Assembly (NCBI GenBank): GCA_964016885.1
Contig: OZ024745.1
Coordinates: 83,018,001-83,082,000 of the forward strand
Length of the DNA stretch: 64,000 nucleotides
Direction of reading: 5' to 3'
Source: Eledone cirrhosa
Taxonomy: Eukaryota
The position numbers and the translations under genes were made by a program. The notes under the pieces are model-generated. The model was not told the origin of the DNA. It worked only from the letters and a program-made list of their open reading frames with translations, and ran no database searches. Of this stretch, positions 56,879-64,000 are shown in pieces. The stretch's first letter is position 1; every line of letters starts with the position of its first letter.

Positions 56879-56997
56879 ATATGTATGTGTATATATATAT
56901 ATATGGATATATATGTATGTGTATGTGTATGTGTATATGTGTGTATGTGTCTGTATGTGTTTATGTGTACATATATGTATGTGTATGTGTATGTATG

Positions 56998-57038
<41 letters not shown>

Positions 57039-57283
57039 ATGTGTGTGTGTGTATGCCTCTCTCTTTATATGTGTATATATATATAGATGTATGTGTGTAT
57101 GCGTGTGTGTGTATGCATGTATGTGTGAACGGAGGGGTATATATATGGACATATGTATATGTGTGTATGTGTGTGTGTATACACGTGCGTGTGTGTGTGT
57201 GTATGTGTGCGTGTATGTGTATATATGTATATATATATATATGTATATATGTGTGTGTGTATATGTGTGTGTATGTGTATATG

Positions 57284-57348
<65 letters not shown>

Positions 57349-58042
57349 ATGTGTATGTGTGATTGATGGTGTGTGCCTATATATTCCTACATATGCCCGT
57401 GTGTGTATGTACGTATATGCGCACATATGTGTGTGTTGAACAAAGGACTAACTTTGGGATGGACGTAGAAAAATTCTTCAGGAAAAAAATAAGAAAAAAA
57501 TAATTATTCACATACTTGACAGGTGCGATTTGCGTGTGACCATTCTAAACACAAAAGCAATGCTAAAAGCTTTTTCCCCTGAATAAAGGAATTTTTCGAG
57601 AATGACCGGGGCAGGCCGCACTTGCTACATTTCTCCCCACCCAACCCTACTCACCGTCTCAACTCATTACTGCTATGAACACTTTTTCAACACTCCTACA
57701 CCCATGCACTTATTAAAGGGGGAGAAAAGAAACCCCCACCACACCACAGACATGTTAAATCCCTATATATAGAACAACACACCACATACACATCAGTTTG
57801 ACAAGCGCACCTCAGCGTGAAAGGTCTTTCTAAAAACGAAACAATACCTCCTACGTTAACCAAGAACTCCTAAGACCTAACCTGCAACCAACAACTTAAT
57901 TTATAAAATAATTTTTTTAAGAAAAATTCTTTTTGGATTTTGTGAAGAAAATAAATTTGTTGAAAGCACAATTGAAGCCATTTTTTCTTCCTCCCTGTCT
58001 TAATATATATATATATACATATATATGCATACACATATACAT

Positions 58043-58252
58043 AGGTACTATCTCAAAGAGTTTCCAAGGATGGTTAAACAAGATTAGTCCAGCCCCGCTT
58101 TTTGGAACACTTTAAAAGGCATGCTTGCTGGGAACAGCAAGAACCCTCCGCTACTTCCTGAATGTCTGAGGCTGCAGGTAGCGGCTTTATATTCATTTCA
58201 ACAAACTTTCCAGTTAAATAACATCAATGACTGAGACTCAAAGAACAACAAC

Positions 58253-58297
<45 letters not shown>
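58043..58297 (+). mobile_element. 3' end of an RLE-type (R4/Dong-like) LINE with (AAC/AAT)n tail
   Basis: GTISK..WL..I....GTL*KACLLGTARTLRYFL resembles the R4-clade C-terminus. Confidence 0.65.
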
Positions 58298-58299
<2 letters not shown>

Positions 58300-61200
58300 T
58301 TTCTTTATTAACCACAAGGGTTTACATAAAGTAGACATTAAGGACAGTGCTGGACAATGCAGGACGGTACAAATGGGCATTTCTGCGTGTAAAAAACAAC
58401 AACAGAGGATGTAACAAAAATAACAATGAAAATAACAATGAAAAATTCCCCAATAGGGGGGAGACTTCGGAGGGACATTTGTGGAGAAAGCCCAGTAAAA
58501 AGCCACAATGACCTTGACCACCAAGGCAAGTGCCCTCTCCCAGTTTTCCACCTTTAATTTACAGATATATACTCAGAGTCGGCCCATTCACTCGGGCCAT
58601 TCTTGCTTCTCTCACACATCTTTCAACAAAATGCTGGGAAGAGAGCACTTCCCTCTCTACTCTGATTTTCCTTTTCAAATGAAATTTGAAAAAGTCAATC
58701 AGAGCATCACCGAAGAGGTAAGTGCTCGTCTTCAGCCCTTTCAAACGTGTCCACCATACTATCTCTTTCGCCATGGCCACCAGACAGATAAAAACTGCCT
58801 GCCCTTCCCGGCTAAAGGAGGAGGGCGGGGCAATCCTCACGATGGACTCAGATGATAGCCAGATCCGTCCTAAACGCGACAGCAGGTGTTCGACATAAAC
58901 CCACAAGTTCGACATAAACCCACAATTTTCGGACACTGGACGAGTGCGTGCAGGACGGTTTCGTCGCCCTGCGCGCATCTCGGACATGCCCGGCTGACGG
59001 CACCTCCATGCCTATAGAGTTTATCCCGAACTGGCAAGGCTCCTCGGTAGCACTGCCAGGCCAGAGATTTCTGGAAGTTGTCCATAGGCCCTGGCCCGAA
59101 AGTTCTTCCGAAGAGATTGGCTAGTTGATTTTCGTCGACGCCTAGAGTTTTCCCAAGTACGTCGTCGCTCTTCCCCTCCACTAATCCTCTATAGAACGCC
59201 GAGGTGGAGTTTCCACCGATCACATTGCCCGATTGGTTGAGGGCTGTGAGCGCCTGAAGACATTCCAGTCTCCAGGCGCTCCCTCTCGGTCTTCGCTTGA
59301 CCCAGGACTGCAGCTCCGTCAAGGAAACGAGCTGGGGAAAAACGCGTCTAGCAAACGGCGACCACACCTGATCACCGTCGAGGAAGAGGTGGAGATGTCG
59401 TAGCCTGAGCGCGTGCCTGTGCATCATCAGCCACGGCATGCCCAGCCCTCCACGTAGCGGGTGTTGACAACAGATGGACCGCCTGACCATCGGAGCACGT
59501 CCCTTCCACAAAAAGCGAAAGAGCAAACGCTCCAGCGCAGTCAGGCGAGGCTTAGGACAAGGTACGACGGTTAGGCGGTAGCAGATGACAGACGCGATGT
59601 ACGCGTTAGCCACCTCCGCTCGACCTTTCAGGGATAGCTTCCTCTCGGCCCATTTCTGGGTGAGAGAAGCCACCCTGCTCGTCACCTCGTCCCAGTTTTT
59701 GTCCGTCTGGAGGTCCGGACCGAACCAGACCCCTAGCAATTTAACCGGTCCGTCCGTCCAGCGCCCGACGACGCTGTTGGACGGCATGGACCTGCCTCTC
59801 CAGGTGCCGAGCTGCAGGCCCACCGACTTTTCCTGGTTGATCATTGCTCCTGTCACCGCTTCGTATTCTCTTAGTGTAGTGCCGATCGCCTCGATGTGTT
59901 TGGCGTTCGACACCACTACGGTGACATCGTCCGCATATGCTGACACGGATCTTCCGCATCCTAGTTCGCGCGGGACTCCCCTTGATGGGGTTGGTGATGC
60001 TGGTGTGGATGGTGGCATATGTCCTAACTTTTTTGTTTCTTAGTTTATTTGTTTCCCTCTGTATTTTGTTTTTGGAGGGGGAAGGAAGAGAATTTTTTCT
60101 TTTTTGGTTTCTTTTTTTTTTCCGGATATCGTTTCCCACTCCTCGTCGTCACAATCTGTCTCCAGTTGTGATAGGCCGGGGAGTGGAAAATCCTCCACAG
60201 CCGTTAGTTTTGCTTGTGGCGTGGTGGATGGTGTAGGCGCTGGTGCTAGTTCTGAAGCGTTGGGTGGTGGTGGTGTTGGTTTTGCTGGTGGTGGTAGTGG
60301 TGTTGGTTTTGCTACTGTTGCTGGGGTTGTTGCTGTTATAGTTGCTTCTGTTGTTGCTGCTACAGTTGTTGCTGGCATCTCTGCTACTGGTGGTGTTGAT
60401 GGTTGTGTCACTGGGGTGGGTAGGAGAGGTGGCCTCAACCTTTTAGCCTGAGGGCAGAAAGCCCTTAGGTGGGTTCCTTCACCACAAACGACACACCTAG
60501 GTCTTCTGCCCTCGACACTTACCGTGAGGTGGCTGCCGTCAGTGAGGTCTATTACCTCTGGGATCTCCTCAATACTTTTTTGGTCCGCTTGGATCAGGAG
60601 CTCCATCCCAGATCCGGACCAGTTTTCCTGCTTTTCTTTTGCTATTGTTATTATTTTCGTGTTGGCCTCGATGCCGGCGAGGACAGCCGCTATTAGCCAG
60701 GGAATTTCGATGGCCGGTGGAACGTGGGTCACCCTGATCTTTACAAGTCTCTGGCCACAATAGCTTGGGACGAGTGTGAAGTCGTCACTTTTTAATGGGG
60801 CCATGGAGTGTTCTCTAGCCTCCTCTGGTGTTTCAAAGAACACGTCCACGGTTCCATACTTTTGCCCACGTCTGATGTGGGTTTTTCTTGCTCACACATG
60901 TCCCAAAGCTTTTTGGATTTGGGACTCGGATGCCCGTTCCACTCGGCGCGATTTTACATTTATTGTTCTATACGACACGGTGCATAGGCGCCGATGCTCC
61001 ATTTTATTAGGTGGGGGGGGGGGCTGACCCTGTACCCATCTTTCTTTACCATTTGTTTGGCATTTTCTAAATCTTCTTGAGTTACGGTAAATGCTTCGAA
61101 TTGTTTTGCTACTCTGGCGAAACTGAGGGGGGGGGGGTTTATAATGTCATTGTTGTTGTTGTTGCTATCGTTAATATTAATTTTAGTTTCAGTTGTGGTG

Positions 61201-61735
61201 GTGGTGACGTCAGTCGTCTTTGGTGGGGAAGAGTCCATTTTGCTTGATTTCATTTCGACATCACGAGTTAATTTATTTTTTTCTTCTTTTGTTTCTGTTG
61301 TCGCGGTGGTGGTGGTGGTGGTGGTGGTGGTGGAGGCTTTAACACCTGCAGTCATTGGTAATGGCGGGAAATGAATGTCTGCCTGAGACAAATTTAAAAT
61401 ATTGCTACTGCTTATATTTTTTGTTGTGTTGGCAAACGTAGTAACATTTACAATGGTGGTGTCGGTGTGAGGTGTTATTTTGTGAGAAAGGCTTTCAGCT
61501 GCTTCGTGCAGAGGTGAAGTAGCCATTTATTTTCAAAGAAATTTTTTGATAATAATAAAAGTTAAAATTTTGGGCACAAGGCCCCAATCTTTTTAGGTGT
61601 CCTTTTCGGAAAACAATGTATGTGTGCTTATAAACAGTTAACAATAAAATTTTCCATAAATGGCAATTTTTAAACAAACGGAAATAACAAACCTTTGCGG
61701 AGCTCACGATAATACGATTTCCTACGTAGGTCGCC
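58298..61735 (-). mobile_element. Internally deleted Tx1-clade LINE (5'UTR + ORF1 fused at ~59983 to the 3' part of ORF2)
   Basis: ORF1 61526 to 60040 (frameshifted; CVVCGEGTHLRAFC knuckle); ORF2 resumes 12 codons before YADD; (ATT)n on both flanks; 19-bp duplication at 58888-58925. Confidence 0.92.
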
Positions 61736-61756
61736 AATAATAATAATAATAATAAT

Positions 61757-64000
61757 GTTTTCTTTATTAACCACAAGGGTTTATATAAAGTAGACATTAA
61801 GGACGGTACAGGACAATACAGGACGGTACAAATGGGCATTTCTGCGTGTAAAAAACAGAGGATGAAATAAAATAACAAAGAAAAAATTCCCCAATAGGGG
61901 GGGAGACTTCCGAGGGACATTTGTGGAGAAGGCCCATTAAAAGACCACGGTGACTCTGACCAGTAGGGCAAGTGCCCTCTCCCAGTTTTCCACCCTTAAT
62001 TTACAGACACATACTCAGAGTCGGCCCATTCATTCGGGCCATACTTGCTTCTCTCACCCATCTTTCAACAAAATGCTGGGAAGAGAGCATTTCCCTCTCT
62101 ACCCTGATTTTCCTTTTCAAATGAAATTTGAAAAAGTTAATCAGGGCATCACCGAAGAGGTAAGTGCTCGTCTTCAGCCCTTTCAAACGTGTCCACCATA
62201 CTATCACTTTCGCCATGACCACCAGACAGATAAAATCTGCCTACCCTTCCCGGCTAAAGGAAGGGGGCGGGGCAATCCTCACGATGGACTCAGCTGATAG
62301 CTGGATCCGTCCTACACGTGACAGCAGGTGTTCGACATAAACCCACAAGTCAGCAATGCTCGGACACTGGACGAGTGCGTGCAGGACGGTTTCGTCGCCC
62401 TGCGCGCATCTCGGACATGTCCGGCTGACGGCACCTCTATGCCTGTAGAGTTTATCCCGAACTGGAAAAGCTCCTCGGTAGCACTGTCAGGCCAGGGATT
62501 TCTGGAAGTTGTCCATATGCCCCGGCCCGAAAGTCCTTCCGAAGAGATTGGCTAGTTGATTTTCGTCGACGCCTAGATTTTCTCCAAGTATGTCGTCGCT
62601 CTTGCCCTCCACTAATCCCTTATAGAACGCCAAGGTGGAGTTTCCACCGATCACATTGCCCGATTGGTCGAGGGCTGTGAGCGCCTGAAGAGATTCCAGT
62701 CTCCAAGCGCTCCCTCTCGGTCTTCGCTTGACCCAGGACTGCAGCTCCGTCAAGGAGACGAGCTGGGGAAAAACGTGTCTAGCAAACGGCGACCACACCT
62801 GATCACCGTCGAGGAAGAGGTGGAGATGTCGTAGCCTGAGCGCGTGACTGCGCATCATCAGCCACGGCACGCCCAGCCCTCCACGTAGCGGGTGTTGACA
62901 GCATATGGACCGGCTGACCATCGGAGCGCGTCCCTTTCACAAGAAGCGAAAGAGCAAACGCTCCAGCGCAGTCAGGCGGGGCTTAGGACAAGGTACGACG
63001 GTCAGGCGGTAGTAGATGACGGATGCGATGTACGCATTCGCCACCTCCGCTCGACCTTTCAGGGATAGCTTCCTCTCGGCCCATTTCTGGGTGAGAGAAG
63101 CCACCCTGCTCGTCACCTCGTCCCAGTTTTTGTCCGTCTGGAGGTCTGGACCGAACCAGACCCCTAGCAATTTAACCGGTCCGTCCGTCCAGCGCCCGAC
63201 GACGCTGTTGGACGGCATGGACCTGCCTCTCCAGGTGCCGAGCTGCAGGCCCACTGACTTTTCCTGGTTGATCATTGCTCCTGTCACCGCTTCGTATTCT
63301 CTTAGTGTAGTGCCGATCGCCTCGATGTGTTTGGCGTTCGACACCACTACGGTGACATCGTCGGCATATGCTGACACGGATCTTCCGCATCCTAGTTCGC
63401 GCGGGACCCCCCTCAACGTCTCCAGTTTGTGCAGTAATGGCTCGAGAGTCAATACCTACAATAGGGACGAGAGGGGACATCCTTGGCGGACCGAGCGCAT
63501 GATGTTGAACGGTTCCGAAAGGTGACAGTTCACTCTCACTACACAGCAGATGTCGCTGTGCATGGCAGCGATCCAGCCTCTGAAGACGGGCCCAAAGCCA
63601 GCCGCCCTCAGGACTGCTGCTAGGTAACGATGGTCGACCTTATCGAAGGCTTTCGACTGATCTAAATTGATCAAAGACCCACCCGTGCCAGGTTCCCTAG
63701 CTACCCTCTCTATGATGTATCGCATGAGGTGGGGGTTGTCGTGGATGGATCTGTCGGGAATGGCGCATGTCTGTGCCTCTCCCACCAGACTACCAACGAC
63801 AAGCGCCAACCTCTTTGCTAGCACCTTCGCCAAAATCTTGAACTCTGTGTTTAGCAGAGTTATGGGCCTAAAATTATCTGTGTTACCCCCCTTGTTCGGA
63901 TCCTTTCTCAGCAGCGCCACCGCTCCTTGGCTCACAGAGCTGGGAATTCTCCCGTTCTGTTGCCAGTTGCAGTAGACGTCCGCCAAGAGGCCTCCGAACA
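61757..64000 (-). mobile_element. Tx1-clade LINE, ORF2 3' half (continues beyond window), disrupted by a stop and frameshifts
   Basis: FRPITLLN, DQSKAFD, RQGCPLS and YADD motifs; highly similar to 58298-59982; ends AATAAAGAAAAC(ATT)n. Confidence 0.95.

Larger units (their letters stand above)
48684..58006 (-). mobile_element. 5'-truncated Neptune-type PLE with inverted 5' copy of its 3' end and two nested fold-back insertions
   Basis: ORF 56690 to 53653; 56690-58006 is the reverse complement of 48684-49828 plus 50742-51065. Confidence 0.7.

Overview
AT-rich, microsatellite-saturated animal genomic DNA, most likely an octopus/cephalopod (inferred from an Octopus-type tRNA-derived SINE), with a 200-N gap at 20822-21021. 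No host protein-coding gene is supportable. The window is almost entirely retroelements. (i) Tx1/L1-clade LINEs: one full-length copy with an 18-bp TSD in (TATC)n, two tandem minus-strand copies in (ATT)n, and old fragments. (ii) Penelope-like elements (PLEs): a near-complete Naiad-type and a 5'-truncated Neptune-type element, plus many pLTR fragments inserted into (TA)n with inverted (fold-back) 5' ends. (iii) R4/Dong-like and HERO-like LINE scraps and SINEs. The most interesting signal is non-coding. About ten sequence families of type I hammerhead ribozyme (HHR) motifs occur, including family-fixed catalytic-core variants (U4C, U4A, compensatory U3:A8). Two diverged ORF-less retrozyme-like families (a 470-bp unit and a ~400-bp unit) conserve an octamer / TTTTCATA / TATA cassette just upstream of the ribozyme, suggesting an internal snRNA-type promoter. 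All structures were read by eye; no searches or folding programs were run.
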